A program made the translations under genes and the position numbers. Positions 25,701-40,865 of a stretch of DNA of 64,000 nucleotides are shown here, in pieces. The first letter of the stretch is position 1, and each line of letters opens with the position of its first letter. Origin of the DNA: Octopus sinensis (lineage: Eukaryota); NCBI RefSeq assembly GCF_006345805.1, contig NC_043012.1, positions 56,482,001 through 56,546,000 of the forward strand, in the 5' to 3' direction. Under the pieces are notes generated by a model. The model was given only the letters and a program-made list of their open reading frames with translations, was not told the DNA's origin and searched no databases.

Positions 25701-28700
25701 TAGATGGAAACTGAAAGAAGCCCATTGTATACATGTATATATATATATGTGTGTGTGTGTGTTTGTCCCCCCAACATCGCTTAACAACTGATGTTGGTGT
25801 GTTTACATCACCGTAACTTAGCGGTTCGGCAAAAGAGACCGATAGAATAAGTACTAAGCTTACAAAGAATACGTCCTGGGGTCGATTTGCTCGACTAAAG
25901 GTGGTGTTCCAGTATGGCCACAGTCAAATGACTGCAATAAGTAAAAGAGTAAAGAGAGTAAACCATGAATCTAGAAACACTTTCTAGAAACGCTCCCAAG
26001 AGCGTTGACAGTGTTGCGTAACTGGAATGTAAAAAGCACCTTTTGAATGTTGGGCTTCATGGGGGCAGTGACAAAGGACCAAGACCTCTGACTATATACC
26101 ATGCTTGAGAAGACCAGTCAAGCCAAGTGAGATTGTAGTTGTGGTACCAATGCTGTTGTTTCATAACTGGCTCCTATACCATTGGCATGTAAAAAACACC
26201 CATTACACTCTCGGAGTGGTTGGCATTAGGATGGGCATCCAGCTGTAGAAATCATGCCAAATCAGACTGGAACCTGATGCAGCTCCCCAGCTTACCAGTT
26301 TTCAGTCAAACCATCCAACCCATGCCAGCATGGAAAGCAGATGTTAAATGATAATAATGATGATGATGACTGTCTGGGAATCAATAGTAATCAGAAGGAG
26401 CAAAACATCAGTATACTATGTCCATTACAACACCTACCTATTACTTCAAGCAACGACATCAAATTAAACAAATTATAGTTACATTATAAATAACATGCAT
26501 ACACACATGCATACATATATATAACAAAAAAAAACCTTGGCTTTGTTTACATTTACCAGTAAACAAATATCCGGTACCCTATGATTCAGCAATGAATGAG
26601 AAGTAATGGAAAGGATACATCTTTCTCACAAAAACCAAGTGTGTTGGCAGCAGCAAGAGCATCCCATGCATAACATAAATCTACCTCAAGAGGTTTCATC
26701 TAACCCATATCAGCATAGAAAAACAGATGTAAAAACAATGATGATGATGAACAAGGTTTACAGATACAAGCAAACAACATTCGAGCGAGGTCATTGCCAG
26801 TGGTGCTGGACTGGCTCCTGTGCAGGTGGCATGTAAAAAACACCATTTGAGCATGTCCATTGCCAGTACCGCCTGACTGGCCCTCGTGCCAGTGGCACGT
26901 AAAAGCAGCCACTGCACTCTCAGAGTGGTTGGCATTAGGAAGGGCATCCAGCTATAGAAACTCTGCCAGATCAGATTGGAGCCTGGTGCAGCCATCTGGT
27001 TCGCCAGTCCTCGGTCAAACCGTCCAACCCATGCAAGCATGGAAAGCGGACGTTAAACAATGATGATGATGATGATGTTCCTATCTAAAGATGATGATGA
27101 TGATGATAAAGAAGAAGAAGACAAAGTACTCAATACTTTAGGCTGTACTGTTGATTATTACCTTTTACTTTTATTTGTTTCAGTCATTGCACTGCAGCCA
27201 TGCTGGAGCACTGCCTTGAAGCATTTAATCAAACAAATCAACCCCAGTATTTATTTCTCTTTTTTCTCTGGTCCTTATTTTATCAGACTCTTTTGCTGAA
27301 CTGTTAAATCAGAAGGATGTAAACAAACCAATACTGGTTGTCAAGTGATGAGGGAGACAAACACACACAGAGACACATATGCACGACAGGCTTCCACACA
27401 TTCTCCATCTATCAAATTCACTCATAAGACATGGTCTGCCTGTGGTTGTTGCAGATGACACTTTCCGACAGACGAAATACTACTAAGCATTTTGCCTGAC
27501 GTGCTAACATTTCTGTTAGCTTTCTGCCCTTGTAAATAAAGTAATATTCTTTGTTCTAACACAAGCTCCAAGTAAATTGGAGATTAAGATAGCCTTTAAG
27601 TACTGGAGATGATTTGCTTAAATAAACCTTTCAAAATCATGCTTCAGCATAAGTGCAGTTCAATGAGTGAATCAACTAAAATATTAAAATATAAAAGATA
27701 ATATATCAAGTGCATCTTTAGACAGAGACTCTGTAAAAAGTCAGTAACTATTGTCTTTTCACCTCTGATATAGCCATAAAAAGAAAATTACTGGTGGAAC
27801 ACATCGTCCTGAACTTAACATCTATGTATGGATGAGATGTATGTGCGGATTAGATGAGATTTGTTGAGGTAGAATTTCTATGGCAGGATGCTATTACTGT
27901 TGCCAAGCTTCACCTGCTTCCAAGAAATTTAATATGTCTCAGAGTTGACCTTAGTGGAATTTGAACTCAGAATGTAAAGCCAGAAGGAACGCTGCTTAGT
28001 ATTTTGTCCGGTATGCTAACGATAACAGGCACAGGTATGGTTAAGTTCACCTTGGAACCATGTGGTTAGAGGTTCACTCCTGTTGTATGGGTGTTGTTGG
28101 CTAGAGTTCTCTATTATAGCCATGGGTTGACTAAAACCTTGTGAGTGAAGTTAGAAGATGGAAACTGAAGAGAAGCTTTTTGTATATATCAAGCATCTTA
28201 TCAGTACATGCATGTACGAGTGAGTGCATATGTGTATAAGTGTGTCAGGGCTGTGGAGTTGGAGTCGTGAAGTTGGAGTCGTGAAGTCGGAGTCAGAAAC
28301 AATTAAGGGATAGCTGGAGTCGGAGTTGGTAAAATTATACTGACTCCGACTCACAATGTCTTTATTCTTTAATATAAACCAGTTACAACATATAGGCCTA
28401 TTCAAAGTACAAGGGTATGCATATGCCTTATGAGATATGTAGACCGTAATCACTTAATTACATAAAGAGGAGTCGGAGTCAGAGGTGCCAATAGTAGAGG
28501 AGTCGAAGTTTTTTGTCTTGACTCCACAGCCCTGGTGTGTGTGTGAGTGTGTGTGCATATGAGAGTGTGTGTGTGCATATGAGTGCATACATGCATGAAT
28601 GTATGAGTGAGTGCATATGTCTGAGTGTGTGTGTGTGTGTGTGTGTGCATGTGTTCATATTTTCCCTCGTTTGCACATAAGTGTGTGTGTGTGAAAGTTT

Positions 28701-31700
28701 GTGTGTGCATGTTTGTATGCGTGTATGTGTGCATGATCGTGTGCATGCATGTATGCGTGTGTGTACGTGCGCACATGTTTGTGTCTGTGCATGTGTGTGT
28801 GTGTGCTCATTAAAATCAAAAGGCTTAACGATCCAAACAAGTGCAGTTGCTTGATTGCAGTTCACTGTGTAAGCCTGTCTGAGCAACTAGACATGTTCTG
28901 ACAAGTTCTGCACTGATTGTGAACAATAGTCACACCATTACTAAAGAAAAAATTGTCCTTTTATTTGCAGTCTTCTGTGAAAGTGTGTACAGGCTGTGCA
29001 TTGTGCAGTTAGACCTGGGTTGTTATTACCTTGCTTGGAAACAGGTGAGGATTGGCATCAGGGAAGGCATCCAGCCATAGAAAGCTCTGCTCCAACATAA
29101 TCTCGTCTGAGCCATACAAGCATGGAAAAGTAGACATTAAATTGATGGTGATGATGATGATGATGATGATGGTGGTGAAGAAGAAGGATGGGATGATGAT
29201 GGAGTAGAAGGATGAAGAGGAGGTAGGGTAAGAAAAGTAAAGGAAGAGGATGAACAGAGGTGAGGGGGAAGAGTGGGGAGGAGGCAGACAGTTGAGGTGA
29301 GGAGGAGGGTTGGAGGCAGAAGAGGAGTGGAAGAGGCAGGGTGGAGGCAGAGGAGAAGGCAGAAGATGAGGTGGGGTAGGTGGAGGAAGAAGATGAGGTG
29401 GGGAAGGGGAAGGCAGAAGAGGAGGAAAGCTAATGGAAGCATACACATAAGGCAGACAATTGTATACAATTCATTATTCTCTTTTATATTATATATATTG
29501 CGGTGCTTCAGCATGGCCACAGCCCTTGAGCAGAAACTAATAAAAAAAACGATATATATATATATATTATATAAGCCCTGAATACTTACAAATAATCTTT
29601 ATCACGTGAGAACGGACATTTGTACTCTTTAGGTGTTGCTTTAAACACCTCTTTGTTGTAATCAAATGGAGATTTCAATTTCTCAGACAGTTGTTGCCAT
29701 AATTTATGCAACTTCTTTATAGGTCCATCACCTTTTACGACCTGCTAAAAAAAAAAAAAAGAAATAATCACAAAAAACAAAAATTTGTCAAAAAAACCCA
29801 TTAATCCTTTTGTTACCAACTTATTTCTGTTGAAATAAACAGTCTTTGATTCAGTTAAAGTCTCTAAATAAGGAAGAGTTCAGTAATATAAGTTTGTTCA
29901 TTATTAAGTTGATATTTGGAACATAAATTAATGTGATGCTGTGTCTGGTAGAAGCCCAACATCTCCCTAAAGATCAAGAGTTGTCTTTTCTGCATGCTGG
30001 TTTTGCCTGTCCTCCTCCTCTACAGTGCTGATGCCTGGACTATCCGCAAACAAGACCTGAACAAGTTTGAGGTGTTCCAAATGTGGTGTCTTTTGTTAGA
30101 TCCTTGGGGGGTCTCTACGTGACTGAATCTCAAACAACAACATCCAAGAACAAGGCCAGCAGCAGCAGCCGACCGTTGAAGACCAAGTTTGGCAGTGCAG
30201 GCTACAGTGATTTGACACCGGCAGGATGAGCACCAGAAGACTACCACACCAACTTTTTGTCGTGACAGCAACCCATGCACTAAAGAATCCAGTGCAGCGT
30301 GCCAGAAAAGACACAAGTGAAATAAATTGAGGAAGACCTGAAGTCATAGTGTCTTGACTTTGAGCATGCTAAGACCAGCATCATAGATGGGAAAGCATGG
30401 AATAACAGCATCATAGATGGGAAAGCATGGAATAACAAAGTTTGTCATCCAGCGATACCCAGAGCGATGTATTGGTTGAGAAACAGCCTCCCCCTCTGGT
30501 CACCAGGTAGAGACTTTACTTACTGTTATGTTGTGTATGTACATGCTGGGTGTAAAACAGTAACCGATATGGTCGACCAACACTGTTCACTGCCTCTGAT
30601 AGTTCACACAGTTTTTTATTTATTGAAATCCATGAGTCCACTTTCAGTCATGTAGGGGTGTAAAGGATTCTCCCATAACACTTAACATGAAATTGTAATG
30701 GAATGTTATAATTCACATCATTTTAAAACTGGAAGTTTGTATCATAGGACTGAGACTGGTCTCTGGTGAGTTTGCAGCAAAAGGAAGTATTGGTTGTAGG
30801 CATGTCTCAGTGGTTAAGAAGTTTGCCTTGCAAACCTATCGTTCTAGGTTCAATCTCATTGTATAGCACCTTTGACAAATGTTTTCCTATGATAGCCACA
30901 GGTTTATCCATGCCTTGTGAGTGGAGTTTGGTTAACATAGATTCTGTGAAAACTCGTGTGTGTGTGTTTGCGTATGTGTACTTGCATTTCTTTCACTAAT
31001 ATAGTGAAAAATATAAATATCATCAGGAAGACCGATGAAACTACTTTTAAATAAGAATATTTTGTATTTTTTCTGCCTAAGATGCACACACAAGGCCTTC
31101 TCACATTAATAATACAAGCAAATCATGGGTTTGTAGCTGTTTCCTTTAATATTTTCTTTTATAGAATCTGTATTGATTAACCATCTTACTAACAATAACT
31201 CTGAACACCTTTTCAAACTCCAGCTATCTAATACCAGTGAACATGTTTACAAAGTCAGAAAACAGCACAGCCCCCATGACTTTCAGAAACATTTTTTCAC
31301 GCTGAGAGTTGCTGAAGTATGGAACAAACTGCTAGCATCAGTTGTTAGTTGTCGGAGCACTGCATCCTTTAAAACTTCCATGCTTCCTGAGATTCGCCAA
31401 CACTACACCTGATTTTCTCCCCTCCATACACACGCAAGCATGTATCTGACTCATACATTGTTCGGTTTCCAGACATTTGTACATTATTGCATATGCTTTA
31501 TATGCACTTTTGACAAGTTGCAGTGCACCTGAGCACTGTATACAATAATTTCATTATTGCTTTATATATTATATTATAATTATATTATCATTAAGGCAGT
31601 GGGCTGGCAGAATCGTTAACATGTCAGGCAAAATGCTTAGCAGCATTTCATCCAACTTTATGTTTTGAATTCAAATTCCGCTGGGGTTGACTTTGCCTTT

Positions 31701-34700
31701 CATCCTTTCAGGGTTGATGAAATAAGTACCAGTTAAGCACTGGGGGTAATGTAGTTGACAAGCTCCCTCCCCACCAAAATACCAGGCCTTGTGCCTATAG
31801 ACTAAAGGATTGTTATCATTTAAAATAATAAATGCGCCCTTTGAAAGCCTAGCCAGGCTCATGGGCCCGGTTTCTTGGTTTCTATGGCGTATGTGTTCTC
31901 CAGCTGGATAGGACGCCAGTCCATTGCAGCGTTACTCATTTTTGCCAGCTGAGTAGAGTGAAGCAACATGAAATGAAGTGTTTTGCTCAAGAACACAACG
32001 CGTCGCCCGGTCCAGGAATCGAAACCACAATCTTATGATCATGATGCTGACACCCTAATCACTAAGCCACACGCCTCCACATTGTTATCATTTACAATGT
32101 AATATATGTGAAGGCATATGGATTAGTAGTTATTGTATTCTAAGGTCACAATTCTAAGGTCATGAATTAGATTCCTGGGGCACATTCTGTCCTTCAGCAA
32201 GATACTTTATTTCACATTGCTCCAGCCCACTCAGCTGGCAAAAATGAGTTGTACCTGTAGTTCAATGGGCCAGCCTTGTTACATTGTGTCATATTGAATC
32301 TCCCTGAGTACTAGGGTATGTGTGTCTGTGGAGTGCTCAGCCACCTGCACATTAATTTCATGAACAGGATATTAGGTTGATCAAATCAACTGTAACATAT
32401 GTCATGACTGACAATGTACCTGAGCCATATTATGTAACATACTATAACATAATATAACACACACAGACACACACACACACACAATAAATTGTTATATGCC
32501 TGTTGAACAGTGAGAATCAGAACACTGACACACATATTCATTCTTAAGATGGTGAGCTAGCAGAAATGTTAGCACGCCGGGCGAAATGCTTAACAGTATT
32601 TTATCTCCCTGTAGGTCTGAGTTCAAATTCCGTCAAGGTCGACTTTGCCTTTCATCTTTTCGGGGTTGATAAATTAAGCACTAGTTGCGTACTGGGGTTC
32701 ATCTAATCGACTGGCCCCCTCCCCCAAAATTTTAGGCCTTGTGCCAAGAGTAGAAAAGAATACATATTCATTCTTAATACATTGCAGCAAATTCAAACAT
32801 GAATATGCTAATCACTTGTATTTCATTGAGAACAACTTATCCTTTCAGATGAATGCAGGTTTGTAATACACTTGATTCATTAGTGTATGGGGACTTTAGA
32901 ACTCGTGTTGTTTCGACATTGTTGTGTCACCTCAAGTAATACTAACCCTGCCTAATGAATCTAACAAGAGTTGATGACTTTTGTTTATTCTCTCATGCAA
33001 GGTTATATCTGCCAACCAATAAATCATCATAAGCATAGTGAACATCATTATTATTAGTAGTAATAATAATGTTCAGTGAAGGTGCATGGCTCAGTGGTTA
33101 GAGCATCGAGCTTACAATCGTGAGGTTGTGAGTTCAAATCCCAGACTGGGCTGCGTGTTGTGTTCTTGAGCAAGACACTTTATTTCACGTTGCTCCAGTT
33201 CACTCAGCTGTAGAAATGGGTTGCGATGTCACAGGTGCCAGGTTGTATCGGCCTTTGCCTTTGCCTTTCTCTTGGATGACACTGGTGGCGTGGAAGGGGA
33301 GGCCTATATGCATGGGCGACTGCTGGTCTTCTGTAAACAACCTTGCCTGGACTTGTGCCTGGGAGGGTAACTTTCTAGGTGCAATCCCATGGTCAGTCAT
33401 GACCGAAGGGGGTCTCAGCAATAATGTTCACCATGCATATGATGCATGGGTTGCCATCACACTGCAACAAAGACTAGGCCACATATTCTGCCATAACAAT
33501 GAATCCTGTTTCATTACATGCTTTTAGTGGTTTCCGGTGAAAAGGTTTAATGTTTTGACTTTATGCAGCAATCAAGAATTCTTTGGTTTCAGCTTTGAGT
33601 TCAGAACTTCACAGACAATGTTGTTTTTTGTGGTTGTTGTCTTTTTCTGAATTTTCTATCTTTTGCAGTATATTTGTTTGCCATGATGTTTGTTTGGGTT
33701 TTGTTTTCATAGTCCTGTCTGAGTGGATCAGAGGCTTTAACCATTTTCCTCTAATAGCTACAGTATCTGCAGCATATACATACATTATCATTGATTAACC
33801 AGGTGATAATGATGTTTCTATCTGTTTTCATTATGTCCATGATGGCCAGGCTTGCAATTTCTTTTTTATTCTTGCTGCTATTTTACCATTGAGTTTCATT
33901 CTTCAGAGGTACATGGCTGGGGTTTGTTATATACTTTATTTCACACATGCTAGGTCTATCCTCACAATTTATGTTTACAGTGCCGTTATTCTAGAGGCTT
34001 GTTTTGTGTACATTATTTGTGTTTTCATGAGGTATTATTATTATTATTATTATTACTATTACTATTACTATTATTATTATTATTATTATTATTACTATTA
34101 TTATTACTATTATTATTATTATTATATTATTATTATTATTATTATTATTTTTGATTTGACTCAGATTTGTTCTTATTCCTGGTAGTATTTATGTGGGTTA
34201 CTACCGGAAGCCTTAGATAGTGCTTAAAACTCTCCTGATAATCTTTCCTGTCCCTAAGAGGCAAACTTTCAGTAGAAGCTCTGGAGGGCATTCCATTCCA
34301 ATCTCCTTCAACCATTTGTCTATATCTTTACTCACAGACCCTAATACACCAAGTAATACAGGTACAACCTCTACAGTTTTCATATTCCAAATTCTTGCAA
34401 TTTCAAATTTTAAGGGATTGTATTTTTTTAATTTTTCATCTCCTTTCTTTACAATCCTGGAATCAGACAGATATGATGGATCAATTAGTAAGCAACTTCA
34501 CTTTTCTTTGTCTATTATTATGTCTGGTTTATTATTTAACATTAAAGACTTTTTCACTTCCCGAGCATTATTCTAATACATCTGTCTATTGTCTACACCA
34601 CCTGTCTTCGTCTTTTGTTTTTCTTTTGTGAATTCTCCCCTTATTATTTTCTAGCTTCTTATCTGTGTGATTATGAAAATCCCCAAAATTCTTGCTTTTC

Positions 34701-35024
34701 TCCAACTCAAGCATTCTTTTAACTGCTGTTGTTATAATTATTATATGCTTTCTCATCTATGTTGCACACTAGATTAATAATCACTACTATGCTTTTGATG
34801 CACACTACAAGTCTGTTATTGTGTCCTATGGTCTAAACAGGTTACAAGCAAATACTAACATCCATTGATTAAGCATATTGAAGAACAACCCTATCACTGA
34901 ATACTGTACTAAGTTCAGCCGAAATATTATTTTCTGCAAGGAATTAGATTACAAGGACAAAGGGACATTACAAGTGTCAAGCAAAGCCAAATGTGTACAT
35001 AAATACACACACGCACGCATGCAT

Positions 35025-35070
<46 letters not shown>

Positions 35071-38000
35071 TCCAGTCATCAAAATTACAATTAATTCAGG
35101 ACAAACAGAAGAAAATAAAATTAAATCTCTATACTTTTTATAAACATGTTATTTATAGACACAATTTATTCTGAAACCTAAAAAAGAAAAAAGAAAAAGA
35201 AAAAAATCATAAAATCAAGTTACTTAATTCCAAATAAAAAGTTAATACTTTTATCAAAAACTGATATAAATGAAAAAGTTAACTATTAATAATTCATATT
35301 TTTAATTAAGTTCACTTATAAATAATTTAATTTCTTTTCATTCATTTAATAAAGATATTTATAAGAAAGTCAGTATATTTCAGTGACTAAAAGCACTAAT
35401 AAGATTTAATTATTTTGTCTAATGATATGTAATTTTATAACAGGTCAATCTGCTTGAGTTAATTAAGACTGCAATGGAAGAAATTAGTAATAGCATACAA
35501 AACAGTTTCATTAATGAACTAAAATAAAAAACCATATCATTAAGTTGATTGAATTTCCACCAATTTCTTAAAACCTGGCCATTTTGATTTTAATTTTTCT
35601 TTTTTCCCACTTTCAAAACAAGCATGCATAATGTAACATTAAACCAAATGACTTCAACTTTTCATAAATTTCAGAGTCACAACTGTTATTTTGAAATGCT
35701 GTTTTAATTTTTGTCCCATAAAATGAACCACATGTTTATTGAGCCAATTAAGGAGGCTTTAATGTAGTCACATGCCTAGCTAGAAATAGCAGTAAAATCT
35801 TATTCAAATCAAATAACACCATTTCAAACAAAGAAAAAAAAAAGACAAGTTGGATAATGTAGTGTTAGTTACGTCTAAAAGACATGATGGTCATTGAAGG
35901 ATTACATTTGATCAAATCCAAGCTCAGACAAGGTTGCCCTGGGGTTTAACAACAACTATGACCAAAGATATTACAGCTATGATTTTCATATTTTTTTTTG
36001 TTTTTGTATGTTAATGATGGGTTAGTTACATCTTAAAAGACATAGTGGCTATGGATGAAATACATTTGATCATATGTCTGCTCGGTTAGGGTTGTCCTGG
36101 AGCTAAACTATTTTCTTAACTATTAATTTTATTTCAATGGCTGTGTGGTAAGAAGTTGGCTTCCCAACAACATGGGCCCAGGTTCAGTCCCACTGTGTGA
36201 CACTTTGGGCAACTGTCTTCTACAGTAGCCTTGGGTTGACCAAAGCCTTGTGAGTGGATTTGGTAGGCAGAAACTGAAAAGAAGCCCATTGTGTGTGTCT
36301 GTGTGTGTATAAATATGTATAAATATATATGTGCGTGTATGTGTCCCACCACTGCTTAACAACCAGTGTTGGTGTGTTTATGTCCCCATAACTTCGTGGT
36401 TTGGCAAAGGGACCGATAGAATAAGGACCAGGCTTTAAAAAAGAAATTAATACTGGGGTCAATTTGTTTGCCTAAACATTCTTTGAGATAGTACCCCAGC
36501 ATGGCTGCAGTCTAATGACTGAAACACGCAAAAGAGGAAGATAACAGTGAAAGCAACAAAGTTATTTAAAATGTTTGAATTTTGGAGACGTAGAAAAATG
36601 AAGTTTGGCATTAAGTTCATGAGATTATGTCATAAACTGGGACATTTGAGTGTTAGTCTTTCTGACATAGTAGTGTAGCTCTGGACAGAAGTGAGAGAGT
36701 AGTCCACCCAAGGCAGTGCTTTTGGGCCAACTGTATAAGTTTTTATGGGAGCATAGCTAGAGAAAAAGAAGGTGCTGAGCTTAAGGGTTACTCCAGGTAA
36801 TACACACTCAAGCTACATCACTGTTCTGATATCAACCTACCAATGATCAAATATGTTAGGCTTTCGTGTCTTTTTATATATCAGTTTCAAATTTTGACAC
36901 AAAGCTAGCAGGTTCAAGGGAGGGGCTAAGTCAATTAAATCAACCCCAGTATCCAACTGGCACTTATTTTATTGGCCCCGAAAAGGTGGAAGGCAAAGAT
37001 GACCTTGGCAGAATTTGAACACAGATGACATGTCACTAAACATTTTCCCCCGGTGTGATTCTGCCAGCTTGCCACCTTCGGGTTGCGGATCCGTGGAATA
37101 AGCTGCCGGATGAGATAGTGAAGATGCCGACAACTGCTCGGTTCAAAGTCTCTCTTGACCAGATATGGCCTCAACTCTTTGCATGAACACCACCCTGTAC
37201 ATAACTCCATGTCCCTCTACATGGCCTTGCTTTTTGCTTTTTGAACCAAAAAATTAACTTAACTTAACTATGACTTTTTATGAATCAATGACTCCGTAGT
37301 TCTCTGTGATCATTCAGTAAGGGTGTGATTTGAAGAAAATCTGATTGTGTTTCAAGAAGTTTTCAGCAACCAGGTGTGTAGTGTCTCCCTCATTAGTAAC
37401 ATGTACAGATAATGGATACTGTAACATGAATGGTATAATAGCAGAAAGCACACACTGTAGCTACACACCTGTTTTGATACCAACCTACAAGGTAGCATCC
37501 AAAGGTTCCTAGACTCTTTTACTTGCTTCAGTCATTTGTTTGCGGGCATGCTGGAGCACAGCCTTTAGTCGAACAAATCAACCCCAGGACTTATTCTTCG
37601 TAAGCCTAGTACTTATTCTATCGGTCACTTTTGCTGAACCACTAAGTTACGGGGATGTAAACACACCAGCATCGGTTGTCAAGTGATGTTGGGGGGGCAA
37701 GCACAGACACACAAACACTCACACACATATATATGTATATATACATACATACATATGATGGGCTTCTTTCAGTTTCCGTCTACCAAATCCACTCATAAGG
37801 TTTTGGTTGGCCCGAGGCTATAGTAGAAGACTCTTGCCCAAGGTGCCACGCGGTGGGACTGAACCCGGAAACATGTGGTTGGTAAGCAAGCTACTTACCA
37901 CACAGCCACTCCTGCACCTATGACTAGTTATGTTTAATAAAAATAAATTATTTATCTAAGTTTAAACATCATCTCCTTCAAAATAGCCACGTTGCACAGC

Positions 38001-40252
38001 AATACACCAATCCAAGCATGCCTGCTACTTTCGGAATCTGGCCTGGAAATTGTTTTCCATAAGCAAGTCAAGGACGTTCAGCAATTCACTCTGGATCTCA
38101 ACAATGGTGTTTAAATGGTGACCTTTGAGCCGCATTTTCATCATGGGGAAAAATATGAAATTCCACAGGTGCTAAATCTGGCGAAAAGAGCAGGTGCAGA
38201 AGCAAAGCCACGTTGATTTTGATGAGTGACTCACAAGTGAGGAAAGCTCAGTGAGGAAAGCTCAGTGAGGAAAGCTCACATTGTCATTGTGAAGAATCCA
38301 ATTCTTCGCATTCCACTGATTGGTTGCTTTCTCTGAATGTCCTTCTTCAAGCGCTTTAAAATGTCACAGTAGAACTTTCAATTTAAGGTCTGGCCCTGGG
38401 GGATGAATTCTCAATGCACAATACATTTCTGGCGATGATGCTCATGCAAGGTCTTCCAGATTATTCATTGTCTTTCAGAGATATTCTTCTGCTTTTGAAG
38501 AATCCGTGCCACTTGAAATATGGCATACGACCCATTACCTTGTCACTGTTAGCTTGCCAAAACATGCTCAATGTCTCTGTGGCAGACTTCCCAAATTTAA
38601 CGCAGAATTTGGTTCTTTGTTCCTGTCCATGACAAAATCACAGACTACACCAAACACACGATCACAAAAACACAAATTTCACAACTTGCAAAGTGAAAAC
38701 AGTGATGTCACTGCGCACGCAACCATGTGCTGCCATCTGTTGGTGTGCTACAAAACCAATCCAGGAACTGTTTAATATCACCTTGTACCTCTGATTAAAT
38801 ATGTTACATTTATGCCTCCATGTCTTTTTATATATCAATGACTACATAGCTCTCTGTGATCTTTCGATAGGGGTGTGATTTGAAGTAAATCTGATTGTAT
38901 TTCAAGAAGGTTCAGCAACTAACTGTGTAATATCTCCCTCATTAGTAACATGTACAGATAATGATATTGTAACATGAATGGTATAATAGCAGAAAAAAGT
39001 GTTGTGTCTATTTGATAAGATATGTCTTTTTTGAGGGGAGGGAGGGTTTGGTGGTTTACTCAGGAGAAAGGAGCTGTGTTTATGACATTCACTGGTCCTC
39101 AAATATTGATTTCAAATTTTAGCACAAGACCAGCAATTTAACTGATACTTACTTTATTGACCCTGAAAGGACAAAAGGTGTAGATGACCTTGATAGAATC
39201 TGAACTCAGAACGTAAAGATAGATGAAATGCTGTTGAGCATTTTACCTGGCATGCTAACAATTTTGTCAGACTGCTGCCTTATAGCCCTTAAAATATTGG
39301 TTAAAATTAATGTTGATTTCAACCAATCTCTGTTCAGTTTGAACAGTAATTAGTTGACATCTACAGGAAGAACATACACAGTGGGGGGCCCCAAATAACT
39401 GATGTTCTGGGGTGAAAGGGATGGACATAATGGTCACTACAATACTTAGGACAGGGGAGATGTGACACAGTAAAAAACAGGAGAGAAGAACAGAAGAGAT
39501 GGATGCACTGCTTGGGTAGAGTTTGGTGAAGGTGATATGCAACAAGATAGTTCCAAGGAGTACAGGCTGTTGTAGCAGAGGCAGAAAAGTCAGGAGTTTA
39601 CCAATGAAAGAAAAATAAATCCCTTAAATTGATTAAAGTTATCAGATTATAAGTATTTTAGAGAATGGGATTAAATGCATACATAGCAGCATTGTTGTGT
39701 TCAGGAACAAAGATGGGTCATGAGTGGGGCATTTGATAAGGTGGCTTTTCGAAAAAACAGCAGGGGGACACTTATAGACGTCATGACCTAACTGGGCCTG
39801 GCTTTCTTAGAGTGTTGGGAATTAACGGGCTGAATCACCTGCTTGACAGGAGTTCTTCCTCCAAAGATTACTCGCCCCATAATGAATTTCCATTTACTAC
39901 TCTGCTAAATAAAAATGCATGCTATTAATGGCAATCATCATCATCATCATCATCATCATTTAATATCTGCTTTCCATACTGGCATGGGCTGGAATTTTTA
40001 ATTGAAAACTGATAAGCTGGGGGGTTGTAGCAGTCTCCAATCTGATTTGGCAAGGTTTCTACAGCTGGATGCCCTTCCTAGCGCCAATAGAATGAAATGG
40101 CTGGGTACAGCTGTTTGGATGCTGAGGATTTGGTACAGCCGGCTGGGAATTCAACCTAATTTGACAACAGTATATATTTTGGTGCTAGACGCAAACACAC
40201 ATACACATGCATGTGTGTGCAGAAATATATACATACAAATAGAGAGAGAGAT

Positions 40253-40283
<31 letters not shown>

Positions 40284-40824
40284 CATTATACATACATACA
40301 AGGATAACTAGATGTTCATACAGAGAGAGAGAGAGAGAGTAGGAAAAGAATGATAGAAACATTAAAATGTCTGATGTCAAGTAGACCAGCATCAAATTAG
40401 CAATACAAAATAAGTGGCACCAAGATGGCAGTGGACAAAATGCCTCATAGCCACACCTGTCATCAAAACATGAAGTCAGAGTTGATTAAACTGGCCCTTC
40501 TAATCATCATCTACTCCATTCCACACCATTCTTTGACAGGTGCTTAATGTATCAACCCTGGGAATGATAAAAGACTGAGTCAACCTTGGTAAGACTTCTA
40601 GTCAGGATCTAAGAGGGACAAAGATAAATGCTGTGTAAAATAATCTGCCACTTCACCATTTCTACTCTAGAAGAAGGAAGAAAAGAAAGAGAAGAACTTT
40701 CTTTTTATCAACCATGCAGGGATGAAAGGCGAAGCTGACCTTGGTGAGATTTTGAACTCAAAATGCAATGAGCTACAACAAATACATTTTTTTATGATGC
40801 TATAAGGATTTTGCCTAAATAATA

Positions 40825-40865
<41 letters not shown>

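Noticed and set aside
33889-34185. Poly-Tyr/Ile ORF and similar ones (28450-28886, 29009-29581, 54637-54855, 59566-60248)
   Set aside because: Microsatellite or purine-tract translations.
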